Part shown: positions 44,977 through 54,123 of the stretch, one piece after another
Numbering within the stretch: position 1 is the first letter of the stretch
How the letters are laid out: the number at the start of each line of letters is the position of its first letter
From: a bacterium
Lineage (GTDB): Bacteria; UBA8248
Length of the DNA stretch: 64,000 nucleotides
Assembly (NCBI GenBank): GCA_965261085.1
Contig: OZ253442.1
Span: 832,001 to 896,000, forward strand
Reading direction: 5' to 3'
Position numbers and translations under genes: made by a program
Notes under the pieces: model-generated
Told to the model about the DNA's origin: nothing
The model's database searches: none
The model's input: only the letters and a program-made list of their open reading frames with translations

Positions 44977-45339
44977 TTATTCGTCTCTCAGGTAATTATC
45001 GCTCCCGTCGAGCCAGTCTTCACGGATGGGGCTGAAGATGTCGTAGTCTATCGCCGTTTCATCGCCCACGACTTCCACGGAGTGGGGGACGTGCGGTGGG
45101 ATGAGGAGCGTCTCTCCAGGCCCGATTTCCACGGATTCATCGTCGATGAAGAACCGGAGCCTTCCCTTGATGACGTGGGATATCTGCTCGTGCTCGTGGC
45201 TGTGCAGGGGCACCACGCAGCCGGGTTTGAGTTTGAGCCGGCAAAGCATCTCTTTTTCGCCCACCACCATCTTTCTCGATAAAGTGTCTGTCACGGTCTC
45301 CTCGGGCATCTCATCCCAACTGTATTTTTGGGCGCGCAT
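44977..45339 (-). CDS. Cupin domain protein
   Basis: PLHSHEHEQ...IPPHVPHS. Confidence 0.9.
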   Translation of the reverse strand: MRAQKYSWDEMPEETVTDTLSRKMVVGEKEMLCRLKLKPGCVVPLHSHEHEQISHVIKGRLRFFIDDESVEIGPGETLLIPPHVPHSVEVVGDETAIDYDIFSPIREDWLDGSDNYLRDE

Positions 45340-45403
45340 GGTTCATCTCCTTGGGGTCGAGTGTTGGTTCGCTTTCGGAAGGCGGCGAAACCCGCCTGGG
45401 GAT

Positions 45404-45682
45404 TTACTGCTTGTACTCGGGAAGCGTCCTGCTGAAGCCCTCCCGCATGACCCGGCCTTTTTTGAGAACGTAATAACCCTCACCATACCGGATGACGCTG
45501 GTGAGAGGGGGAATCTGGCATTCTTTCGAGATGATCAGGTTTTCCTGGGATTCATCGCGTGGGAGATAGCGCTCCGCATCCCCTTCGGATAGATGAATCT
45601 CGCGGTTACAGGCGCTGGACGCCTTTTCGTATTCGCCTTGCAGCTTTATGGTCTTGCATTCACAAACAATCGCGTTGCTCAT
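45404..45682 (-). CDS. Small hypothetical protein (92 aa)
   Basis: RBS AGGAG before ATG 45682; MSNAIVCECKT...; four Cys residues. Confidence 0.6.
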   Translation of the reverse strand: MSNAIVCECKTIKLQGEYEKASSACNREIHLSEGDAERYLPRDESQENLIISKECQIPPLTSVIRYGEGYYVLKKGRVMREGFSRTLPEYKQ

Positions 45683-45912
45683 CAAGGGTCTCCTGTGCTC
45701 ATTGAGAGCCTTCAGAAAAAGTAGGCCTATGCTAGAAACCAAGCCTCTCGGTGTCAAGACCGTGCGAGACGAAAACGCAGGAATCATCGGCGCGATGGTT
45801 CGGGAGAGGCCCGGTTCGGTTTGAAATGTCCCCATCGCACGAGTATAAGTAATCGCGTTCGGGCCTTATTATTTCAGGCTTGTTTTCGCTTCATCTATTT
45901 CAGGAGGGCGTA

Positions 45913-46416
45913 TTGATTCCACGTATGACGGACAAGATGATCGACTCGGGCGATCCCTTCCCGAGCCTCGAGGTGGACCAGGTGGGAGGCGGCAAAATCT
46001 CCCTACCCGGCGATCTCGCGGACGATTGGGGAGTGGTTCTGTTCTACCGCGGACACTGGTGACCTTATTGCAAGCAGCAACTGACGGCTTTCGACAGGGC
46101 GGCGAAGCTCAAGGAAGAAGGCGTCAAGGTTGTTGCAGCCTCCGTGGACACGGAGGAGAACGCCAAGGGAACGATTGAGGAATGCGGAATCAACTTCCCT
46201 GTGGGCTATGGCTTGGACAACAAGCAGATTTCTGAACTCACCGGTTGTTTCTATGAAGAAAAACGCCAGATCATTCACAGCACGGGCTATGTCTTAAAGC
46301 CCGATGGAACGGTCGCCGTGGCCGTCTACAGCAGCGGGCCCATCGGCCGGCTCGTGTGGCAGGACGTATTGGGCTTGGTCCAGTTCCAAAAGAAGATGAT
46401 GGCGGCCCAAAGCTAG
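45913..46416 (+). CDS. Peroxiredoxin-like (AhpC/TSA) selenoprotein with UxxC motif (TGA 46060-46062)
   Basis: ORFs 45880-46062 and 46144-46416 are in frame: VVLFYRGHW-U-PYCKQQL. RBS AGGAGG before TTG 45913 (alternative start ATG 45925). Confidence 0.92.
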
Positions 46417-46432
46417 CGCGCATCTTTTTGAG

Positions 46433-46470
46433 CACCCCCTCGGGTTTTGACTTCGAGGGGGTGTTTTTTT
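46433..46470 (+). terminator. Rho-independent terminator between the two Prx-like genes
   Basis: CACCCCCTCG...CGAGGGGGTG followed by T7. Confidence 0.8.
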
Positions 46471-46573
46471 GCGCGAAATCCGGGGGGCCGGTTTTCATCG
46501 TTACGCCGGAGCGATAACATCCCGAGTACATGAAACGGACTCGATTATTTCTTGAACAAGAGTGGAGCGTATC

Positions 46574-47098
46574 ATGCCGAAAGCGAACCGGTTCTTCCTG
46601 GACACCGGGGATGATTTCCCGAGCCTCGAGATCGCCAAAGTGGGAGGCGGAAAAATCAGCTTGCCCGATGACTTGCGGGGCTCGTGGGGCGTCGTCCTGT
46701 TCTACCGCAGCCATTGGTGACCCTACTGACTCGCCCAGATGGCGGGATTCTCCCGGGCGGGAGAAAGACTGGAAGCAGAGGGCATCAAGGTCGTGGCGGC
46801 GTCCACCGACCCGGAAGATGAGGCGGTGCAGTCCAACGAGGCGAGCAAGGTGAATTTTCCGGTGGGCCACAGCGTGGACCCCGCCTATATATCCGAGATG
46901 ACGGGCGCTTTCTACGCCCCTGAAGCGGGCGAGAAGCCGAGGCCGTTTCTTCACGCCACCAACTTTCTGCTCTCACCCGACGGCAAGGTGAACATCTCGC
47001 TTTATAGTTCGGGTCCTCTGGGTCGTCTCGTCTGGCAGGACGTCATCCAGGCCGTGCAGTTCAGGAAAAAGCGCATGGCGGCCCAGGCGCAGCAGTAG
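46574..47098 (+). CDS. Peroxiredoxin-like selenoprotein with UxxU motif (TGA 46718-46720 and 46727-46729)
   Basis: ATG 46574 reads MPKANRFFLDTGDDFPSLEIAKVGGGKISLPDDLRGSWGVVLFYRSHW-U-PY-U-LAQMAGF..., in frame with ORF 46739-47098 and collinear with the upstream paralogue. Confidence 0.9.
46730..46765 (+). promoter_or_regulatory. Two tandem SECIS-like hairpins
   Basis: CTCGCC-cagat-GGCGGG (46730-46746) and TTCTCCC-gggc-GGGAGAA (46748-46765). Confidence 0.6.
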
Positions 47099-47104
47099 AA
47101 AAAC

Positions 47105-47138
47105 AAAAAGCCGGCGGGAGACTCCCCACCGGCTTTTC
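47105..47138. terminator. Bidirectional terminator
   Basis: AAAAGCCGG...CCGGCTTTT between convergent genes. Confidence 0.8.
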
Positions 47139-47150
47139 TGGTTCAGTTTG

Positions 47151-47537
47151 CTAGTTCTTGAGACGCTCCGCCACCTCGTCCGCATCGGAGGCTTTGTTGT
47201 AGTCCTGATCCAGCGTGCCGTCGCCCGCCGGGCTCTTGACGGCGAAGAATTTCGCCGGCCCTTCGGTGATGTGGATGCCGTGGCGCGTGTTTCTGGGGAT
47301 GTGGACCAACTCGCCGGGGCCGATCTCGCGCACCTCCTCGCCGCAGATCATGTTCATCTTGCCCTCGAGCATCAGGATGTACTGCTCCTCGTTGGGATGA
47401 AAATGAGGCGGCGGGCCGTCTCCCTGCGGATATATCACCCAGCCGACCTTCATCAACTCGCCCGCGGTCGCGTGGCTGGTGGCGGGACCCACTGCCGATG
47501 AGCCCCGGGGCAAGTCTTCCATTTTGTAAAAGGGCAT
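47151..47537 (-). CDS. Cupin domain protein
   Basis: PPPHFHPNEEQ...HIPRNTRHG. Confidence 0.9.
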   Translation of the reverse strand: MPFYKMEDLPRGSSAVGPATSHATAGELMKVGWVIYPQGDGPPPHFHPNEEQYILMLEGKMNMICGEEVREIGPGELVHIPRNTRHGIHITEGPAKFFAVKSPAGDGTLDQDYNKASDADEVAERLKN

Positions 47538-47567
47538 GCAAAATCTCCTTGTTTCAGGTTGATATCT

Positions 47568-47960
47568 TTATAAGGTGGATTCCAGTTTTTCTCGCGCCTC
47601 ATCGGCGTCTTCGGCCTTGTTGTAGTCCTGATACAAGTCGCCGTCGCCTGAGGGGCTTTTCACGGTAAAAAAGGTAAACGGCCCCTTGATGATGCGAAGG
47701 CCGTGGCGCTCGTTGCGGCGGATGTGGACCAGATCGCCTGCGCCGACGACGCGGGTTTCCTCCCCCAGAATCACGTTCGCCTCCCCCGCCATCACCAGAA
47801 AAAACTGCTCTTCGTTGGGGTGAAAATGAGGCGGCGGGCCGCCGCCTTCGGGGTAGGTGATCATCCCGGCCTTCATGAGTTCCCCGGCGACGCTTTGCGT
47901 CTGGGCTTGCCCCATGTCGACGTATTTCGTTTCCATCTCGGATATTCTGTAAAATGGCAA
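47568..47960 (-). CDS. Cupin domain protein (tandem paralogue)
   Basis: PPPHFHPNEEQ...HIRRNERHG; TTG start with RBS AAGGAG. Confidence 0.9.
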   Translation of the reverse strand: MPFYRISEMETKYVDMGQAQTQSVAGELMKAGMITYPEGGGPPPHFHPNEEQFFLVMAGEANVILGEETRVVGAGDLVHIRRNERHGLRIIKGPFTFFTVKSPSGDGDLYQDYNKAEDADEAREKLESTL

Positions 47961-47978
47961 GTCTGTGCTCCTTTCTGT

Positions 47979-48659
47979 TCAGTCGAGCCGCGCCACCACG
48001 CGCGCAGGCGCGCCCTCGATTCTGTAGAGTTTCATGGGAAATGCGAACATTTCGAATTCGGTCTCCTCGAACGTATCGAGGTTGATGACGTGCTCGATGA
48101 GTGGAACGCCCCGGCCCAGCACCGCGCGGTGGCCGGGGGAATCCTCATGGTGAACCACGGAGTCGGGCTGCATGCCCGGGTCGATGGCGTGGTCCATGCA
48201 AAGGGCCTTCATGCCGCAATCGCACAGAAAGAGGCACGCCTCCTTGTCGAGGTAGGGGTTGGGGCCGAAGTAATCGGGCGTGAAAAACTTTTCCTTTGAC
48301 CAGCCCGTCCAGGTGACGGCGATGGCCCCCTCGAGGCGCTCGGGCTTGAAGCCGGGGCTTGATTCGATCATCTCCCGGGTGATGGGGCTCGCCTCGCGCG
48401 CCGTTCCCCTCAAGTCGATCTTCACGGCGCGGCCGCAGAATGTTTCTAGCGGCATTTCGTCTATCGTGACGCCGTCGGGATAGAAATGGTTGGGCGCGTC
48501 GAGGTGAGTTCCCTGGTGTATCGCCATCCTGACCGCGCTGTTCTGACGACCGTGCGTGGGATGTTCGTGGAACTGCCAGTATTCCACCGGGGGAAACGTC
48601 GGCACTTCGCAAAGGTCGGGGTGTCCGAGAGGGGCTGTGAGGTCAATCAATCGGCTCAT
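47979..48659 (-). CDS. Cyclase-family (kynurenine formamidase-like) metal hydrolase
   Basis: MSRLIDLT, HQGTHLDAPNHF, LIEHVINL, EGAPARVVA. Confidence 0.9.
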   Translation of the reverse strand: MSRLIDLTAPLGHPDLCEVPTFPPVEYWQFHEHPTHGRQNSAVRMAIHQGTHLDAPNHFYPDGVTIDEMPLETFCGRAVKIDLRGTAREASPITREMIESSPGFKPERLEGAIAVTWTGWSKEKFFTPDYFGPNPYLDKEACLFLCDCGMKALCMDHAIDPGMQPDSVVHHEDSPGHRAVLGRGVPLIEHVINLDTFEETEFEMFAFPMKLYRIEGAPARVVARLD

Positions 48660-49524
48660 GGAATTCCTCCGTCGATTTGGCGACTGAAAGATGGTGTTTC
48701 CTGAAAAAATCGTGGATGAGGGCGAGCACCGCCTCGGGCCTGTCCATTTGCGCGTAGCGTCCCGCTCCTTCAATCGAGACGGACTCGCACCGGGGAATCT
48801 TCATGGATAGGGTTTGAGCGTCCTCGTGGTATTCGGGGTCGTTCTCGCCCGTGAGCGTGAGCACGGGGCAGGATATTTCGCCCAGGCGCTCCGTAAGGTC
48901 GGGTGCGAGAAGCTCGGCGTACCCCGCCGATGCGTATCCCGAAGCGTCGTTTCGTAAAAACAGGCGGTGACGCTCCGCGCGCTCTTTGGGATTCATGCCT
49001 CTGGGTTCTCTGCTCTCGCTTTTCTTGTTTCTGTAGGCCTCTTGCATGTCTCCCGCCTCGGCCAGATGGATGCGCTCGGCGACGCCTCTGCGCACGCTCT
49101 TAGCGGCGGGCGCAGCGCCCGTCGCGATGAGGATGAGCGCGCCCAGCAGACGAGGCTGCTCGATGGCTAGCAAAAGCGCCGCCCGCGCACCCAGGCCGTG
49201 CCCGATCAGAACGGGACGGTTCAGGTTCAATCTGGCGGCGAGAATCCCGATGTCGTCCGCCATCTCGTCGAGCGTGTATTTCCCCCGGGGGCTCGAGGAG
49301 CGCCCATGCCCTCTCGGTTCCAGTGCGATGACGCGGTGCATGGTGCTCAGCGTGGGAACGATCTTGCGCCACACCCAGGCCGTATCGCCCAGGCCCGGAA
49401 CGCAGAGTACCGGCGTACCGTCTCCTGATGCCTCATAGCACAGGACGATCGCCTCATGCGCCCAGGGAGGGCTGATTCTCAGGTATCTGGCCGTGCGGGA
49501 GGATTCGCCTGCGATGCGGACCAT
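48643..49524 (-). CDS. Alpha/beta hydrolase fold protein lacking the catalytic Ser and His
   Basis: EPRGHGRS fold motif is present, but GHGLG replaces GHSxG and GAGRY replaces GAGH. Confidence 0.8.
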   Translation of the reverse strand: MVRIAGESSRTARYLRISPPWAHEAIVLCYEASGDGTPVLCVPGLGDTAWVWRKIVPTLSTMHRVIALEPRGHGRSSSPRGKYTLDEMADDIGILAARLNLNRPVLIGHGLGARAALLLAIEQPRLLGALILIATGAAPAAKSVRRGVAERIHLAEAGDMQEAYRNKKSESREPRGMNPKERAERHRLFLRNDASGYASAGYAELLAPDLTERLGEISCPVLTLTGENDPEYHEDAQTLSMKIPRCESVSIEGAGRYAQMDRPEAVLALIHDFFRKHHLSVAKSTEEFHEPID

Positions 49525-49526
49525 GC

Positions 49527-50282
49527 CTAGAGCGCAGCCAGTTCTTCAATCAGCCCGCGCAGGCGGGTGGATACGGCCTCGAAGTATTGCGCTCCGTTTT
49601 CCGCCGTCGCAGCACTCGGCGTGCCCGATACGCCCGAGGGCGCGCGGTGTCTGTTGAAATCCACGGGGCGGAAGAGCGTTCCCCGGTGGTGCATGTCCTT
49701 CGTCGCCAGGGGGTGCGTGTTCGTGTTGGGCTGATCCACCACCTCGTCCATGTTCACCAGGTCGGGGCGTAAGTGGAGCATCATGGCGGTTTCGAACTCC
49801 CCGCTGTGCGCCATGCCGCCGACGGGCGATTTTCTGATCTTCGCGGAGATTTCGTTTCCCAGATGAAAATAGGTGATCATCCAGATGGTGAGGTCGATGT
49901 CGTAGCCGATGTCGTTCAGCGTGGCTTGCAGCGGCTGCACGTTGCCGCCGTGGCCGTTCACGACGAATATCTTCTTGTACCCGTGATGGGCTACGGAGCG
50001 GATGATGTCCTTGATGAGGGCGACGTAGGTTTCTAGCCTGAGCGAGATGGTTCCCGGGTATTCAAAGTGGTGGTGCGACGTGCCCGTCCACATGGTGCGG
50101 GTCAGCAGCACGTTGTCCAAGCCGTCCACCGCCTTTCCGCAGACGCTCTCACAAAGCAGGGTGTCCACCACGACGGGATTGTGCGGCCCGTGCTGTTCCA
50201 TCGAGGCGAAGGGAATGACGACCACAGTCCCGTTTTGGGCCATTTCCTTGTGCTGCGGCCAACTCAACTCTTCCCAAAGCAT
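49527..50282 (-). CDS. Creatininase-family amidohydrolase
   Basis: SMEQHGPH...D, SHHH, NGHGGN, HSGEFET. Confidence 0.92.
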   Translation of the reverse strand: MLWEELSWPQHKEMAQNGTVVVIPFASMEQHGPHNPVVVDTLLCESVCGKAVDGLDNVLLTRTMWTGTSHHHFEYPGTISLRLETYVALIKDIIRSVAHHGYKKIFVVNGHGGNVQPLQATLNDIGYDIDLTIWMITYFHLGNEISAKIRKSPVGGMAHSGEFETAMMLHLRPDLVNMDEVVDQPNTNTHPLATKDMHHRGTLFRPVDFNRHRAPSGVSGTPSAATAENGAQYFEAVSTRLRGLIEELAAL

Positions 50283-50521
50283 AGGGGCATCCTTCAAAAT
50301 AGTGTGAGTGATGGGTAAGGGCTTAAGACTCTCAGGTTTTCCCGCATCGGGCAAGAGCCGCGCCTCCTCGCCAGTGGGTGATGCTACGGTCGAGAAGTGT
50401 TGTATTCCCCGACAACATGCGCGCGAGGCGCTTCCCCGCTTGCCAGCGGTTTCGATTCGTGGTCTTTTAGGGGCCGCGATAAAAACCGGATGGAGAAAAG
50501 AAAGTGTATTCGACCGAGCAG

Positions 50522-51004
50522 ATGAGTGAAGACCAGCGCTGGATGATGGAAGCGCTGGAGTTGGCCAACATGGCCGAAGAAGCGGGCGACGTGCCCGTGG
50601 GCGCGCTGGTGGTGCGAGAAGGCCGGGTGCTGGGGCGCGGCTTCAACAGAAGAGAGGCCGCCTGCGACCCCACCGCGCACGCAGAAGTCCTGGCGCTGAG
50701 AGAAGCGGCCGAGACCGACGGTATCTGGCGGCTCGACGGCGCGACCTTGTACGTCACGCTCGAGCCGTGCCCCATGTGCGCGGGGGCCATCGTCAACTCG
50801 AGGATCGCAAGGCTCGTATTCGGCGCCACGGACCCCAAGGGCGGGGCCTGTGGCTCCTTGTTCGATATTCCCTCGGACCCGCGCGTGAACCACCGCGTGC
50901 CCATCACCTCAGGGATAATGGCCGAGGAGAGCGGCAAGCTCTTGCGCGCCTTTTTCGAGGAGCGCCGCCGCATCGCCCGCGAGGCGAGGCAGGCCGCGCG
51001 CTGA
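50522..51004 (+). CDS. tadA: tRNA adenosine(34) deaminase
   Basis: VPVGA, DPTAHAE, LYVTLEPCPMCAGA, DPKGGACGS, NH. Confidence 0.95.
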   Translation: MSEDQRWMMEALELANMAEEAGDVPVGALVVREGRVLGRGFNRREAACDPTAHAEVLALREAAETDGIWRLDGATLYVTLEPCPMCAGAIVNSRIARLVFGATDPKGGACGSLFDIPSDPRVNHRVPITSGIMAEESGKLLRAFFEERRRIAREARQAAR

Positions 51005-51019
51005 AGAGATAACCTATCC

Positions 51020-51111
51020 GGAGAGGTGGCCGAGTCCGGTTTAAGGCGGCAGACTCGAAATCTGTTGTGCAGGTAACTGCACCGGGGGTTCGAATCCCTC
51101 CCTCTCCGCCA
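51020..51111 (+). tRNA. tRNA-Ser(CGA)
   Basis: 92 nt, long variable arm, anticodon loop CTCGAAA, GCCA end. Confidence 0.95.
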
Positions 51112-51266
51112 ATTTCATGCCGGCAGGCCGAGTGGAGACCCGGGTTTGTCGCAGCCTTATATATATCCGCAACCCCGGTTCCAGATTCCGCAGAGCAGTC
51201 CCTCCCTTCCCGGTTGGAACTGACCTCATCGGTCGGCAAACACTCCCTCTCCTCGGTCGTGTTTGA

Positions 51267-51298
51267 CCCTCCATCTCCGCCAATTTCATGCCGGCAGG
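51267..51298 (+). repeat. Direct repeat of the tRNA-Ser 3' end (att-like)
   Basis: 31 of 32 nt identical to 51096-51127. Confidence 0.8.
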
Positions 51299-51576
51299 GG
51301 TCGGTGAACGCCCAAGCCTCTCGTAGCCTCTTTCGTATGGGCGAGCCCGGTGGAAACCTGAGTTTCTCGTAGCCTTCTTGCAGCCAATAGTGAGGGTGCG
51401 CCAGGCATCGCCATCTCCAAGAAAGATAGGCCCGAAGGCGGGGGCGATGGCGCCGGGATTGATCTTGGCGGTGAAGTTTGACCCCTCTTTTCGTATCGAG
51501 CGGCAATTTTAGGAGGTTCTCGAGTAACGGAAGTCCCGACTTGTCCATATGACAACCAAATCGAGGAAGGTTACCT

Positions 51577-52572
51577 ATGATACCGGCGGATGAGACATTC
51601 GGCGGCACATGGCCGTATGAGCCGCATTTTTTCGAAGGGAACGGCTTTCGCCAGCACTATATTGACGAGCGTGGGGGTGACGAGGGAGCAGACGACGTCA
51701 TTGTTTGTCTCCACGGGGAACCGACGTGGGGTTATCTCTACCGGAACTTCATTCCCAGGTTGCGCAAGCTGGGGCGCGTCATCGCGCCGGACCACATGGG
51801 CTTTGGCAAAAGCGAAACCCCTCAAGACAAGGATTACTCCATTCGTGAACATAGCGATAATCTCGAAGCTCTGCTCCTGGAGCTCGACGTGTGGAACATC
51901 ACCTTCGTCATGCAGGACTGGGGTGGCTCCATCGGCGCCAGTTTCGCCGTGCGGCATCCGGACCGCATCAAGTGTCTATGTATCTGCAACACCTATGCGC
52001 CCTGGGCGAGAATACCCACAGACGGAAAATTTCCTACCCCCGAGCATAAATGGTTTAACTGGGTGCAGACGGATCAATACGAACCCACTCTTTTGAATCT
52101 CGGCGCGACGGTGCTGTCGGTGATGAAGAGAATCGGCTTCGAGCGTACCGCACAGGTGGACGAGACCTGGGTCCGCGCTTACGCCAGCCCGTTTCCCACT
52201 CCGGAGTCCTGTCGTGGCGCGCTGCAATTCCCTCGCAACATTACGGATCCAAAAACTTTTGAATTCTTCCAGGAGCTTGCGGACAAGCACGACGTGGAAG
52301 TCTTGAAGACCATTCCCGCCATGTGCATCCATGGGGAAGAGGACCGGGCGATGCCTGCCAGGTATACGGTCTTTCGGTTCAAGAGTATCTGGCCCAATGG
52401 ACCCGTCGTCACCCTGCCGGGCGTCGGTCACTTTGTCCAGGAAGACGCGCCGGAGACGGTGACGGCTCTCATCGAGCAGTTCGTCCAGATGAACAATCCG
52501 CCTGTCGATGCTTTTTCCGAGCCGAGCCGGGCGTGGAACGAAGGCGACCGGTGGGCGAAAGGCAAGGAGTGA
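51577..52572 (+). CDS. Haloalkane dehalogenase-like alpha/beta hydrolase
   Basis: LHGEPTWGYLYR, QDWGG nucleophile, GEED, GHFVQED. Confidence 0.88.
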   Translation: MIPADETFGGTWPYEPHFFEGNGFRQHYIDERGGDEGADDVIVCLHGEPTWGYLYRNFIPRLRKLGRVIAPDHMGFGKSETPQDKDYSIREHSDNLEALLLELDVWNITFVMQDWGGSIGASFAVRHPDRIKCLCICNTYAPWARIPTDGKFPTPEHKWFNWVQTDQYEPTLLNLGATVLSVMKRIGFERTAQVDETWVRAYASPFPTPESCRGALQFPRNITDPKTFEFFQELADKHDVEVLKTIPAMCIHGEEDRAMPARYTVFRFKSIWPNGPVVTLPGVGHFVQEDAPETVTALIEQFVQMNNPPVDAFSEPSRAWNEGDRWAKGKE

Positions 52573-52886
52573 ACGTTGCTTTTCCTGGCGAGGGCTCTGC
52601 CCCACCGAATTTGAATTGGACAGACGTGTTGAATCGGGGTGGAGTCGGCAAGACAAGGGCGAAGCCCGAAGCCGCGCCGGTGGGGGGAGCTTTTGTTTTG
52701 TGGAACCATACCCCCCACGCATCAGCCTTCGCACAAACCGCTCGGCTTCTGCTACAATCCCTCCCTCTTCGGTCAGAATTAACCCTCAAGGGGGGAGTGT
52801 TTCTTGCTCTTTCATTGATCGCGTCAAATCCTCGTTCATCGGGGCTTTTTCAACAGCCCCCGAGGGGAGTGATTTTTGCCTTTGCG

Positions 52887-52913
52887 CGTCATTCCGGGTA
52901 TGCCGGAATCCAG
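52887..52913 (+). repeat. CGTC-type REP-like palindrome
   Basis: CGTCATTCCGGGTATGCCGGAATCCAG. Confidence 0.7.
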
Positions 52914-52971
52914 AATCAAAGTCACTACATTCCGTTTGATAAGCGTCGGCTAAGCCGCTATCTTAAAGCAC

Positions 52972-53976
52972 ATGAAGATCACCACCGCGATCACCCGCCT
53001 GCTGAACATCGACCATCCGATTCTGCTCGCCCCGATGGGCGGCGTTGCGGGCGGCGCGCTGGCCGGCGCGGTTTCGGCCGCCGGCGGGTTGGGCCTGATC
53101 GGCGCCGGCTACGCCGACCCTGCGTTCGGCTACGGCTCCGACGACTGGATTCGGAGCGAGTTCGACAAAGCGGGCGACCATCCAGTCGGTATCGGCTTCA
53201 TTACCTGGGCGCTGGACAAACGGTCCGGCGCGCTCGACGCAGCGCTGGAATGCCGGCCGCGGGCCGTCATGCTTTCTTTCGGTGATATCGCACCCTACGC
53301 TATGAAGATCCGGGCGGCCGGCGCGACGCTGATCTGCCAGGTCCAAACCCTGAAAGATGCCCGGGAGGCGGCGGCGAAGGGCGCCCAGATTATCGTCGCC
53401 CAGGGCACGGAGGCCGGGGGCCACGGGGCTGACCGATCCACGCTGCCACTTGTTCCGGCGGTCGCCGATGCGGTGGCGCCGATCCCTGTTGCCGCAGCCG
53501 GCGGCATTGCCGACGGGCGCGGACTGGCAGCCGCTCTCATACTGGGCGCCGAGGCCGTGCTGATTGGCACCCGTTTCTGGGCCACGCAGGAAGCGCTGGG
53601 TCATCCGAACCAGAAAGCGCTGATCGAGCGAACCGGCGGGGACCACACGCTGCGCACCAAGGCCTTCGACACGGCCCGGGACATCGCCTGGCCGGAACCT
53701 TACACCGGGCGCGCCATCCGCAACGCTTTTGCCGAAACCTGGCATGGCCGCGACGACGAATTGCGAGAGCGGGGCTCCTCGATGCGCGAACGCTTCTTCG
53801 CGGCCCAGCGCGGCGGGGATACGGAGGTGGCGGTAACATTCGCCGGTGAAGGCCTGGACCTGATAGCCGATCGCCCGTCCGCGGGCGCGCTGGTTGCGCG
53901 GATCGTCGACGAGGCTATCGAAGCGCTTACCAAGGCGCCGAGCCGTTATCTCACCCGCGGCCCGGCGGAAGGCTGA
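52972..53976 (+). CDS. Nitronate monooxygenase / FabK-like flavoprotein
   Basis: PILLAPMG, AQGTEAGGHG, AAGGIADGRG, GTRF. Confidence 0.92.
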   Translation: MKITTAITRLLNIDHPILLAPMGGVAGGALAGAVSAAGGLGLIGAGYADPAFGYGSDDWIRSEFDKAGDHPVGIGFITWALDKRSGALDAALECRPRAVMLSFGDIAPYAMKIRAAGATLICQVQTLKDAREAAAKGAQIIVAQGTEAGGHGADRSTLPLVPAVADAVAPIPVAAAGGIADGRGLAAALILGAEAVLIGTRFWATQEALGHPNQKALIERTGGDHTLRTKAFDTARDIAWPEPYTGRAIRNAFAETWHGRDDELRERGSSMRERFFAAQRGGDTEVAVTFAGEGLDLIADRPSAGALVARIVDEAIEALTKAPSRYLTRGPAEG

Positions 53977-54123
53977 TGGACGGACTGAATCTGTACTCGG
54001 TAAGCACTCGCTAGAAAGCGTAATGAGACACGCTGGCTAAGCCATCGGGCGATATCGACCCCAGACGGCTCGCCTTCCAGTCCAGTAATGGTGCGACGGC
54101 CGCAAGGTGGAAAGAGGGTCACC

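Noticed and set aside
51020-51111. tRNA-Sec
   Set aside because: The anticodon is CGA rather than TCA and the acceptor stem is a normal 7 bp, so it is tRNA-Ser.
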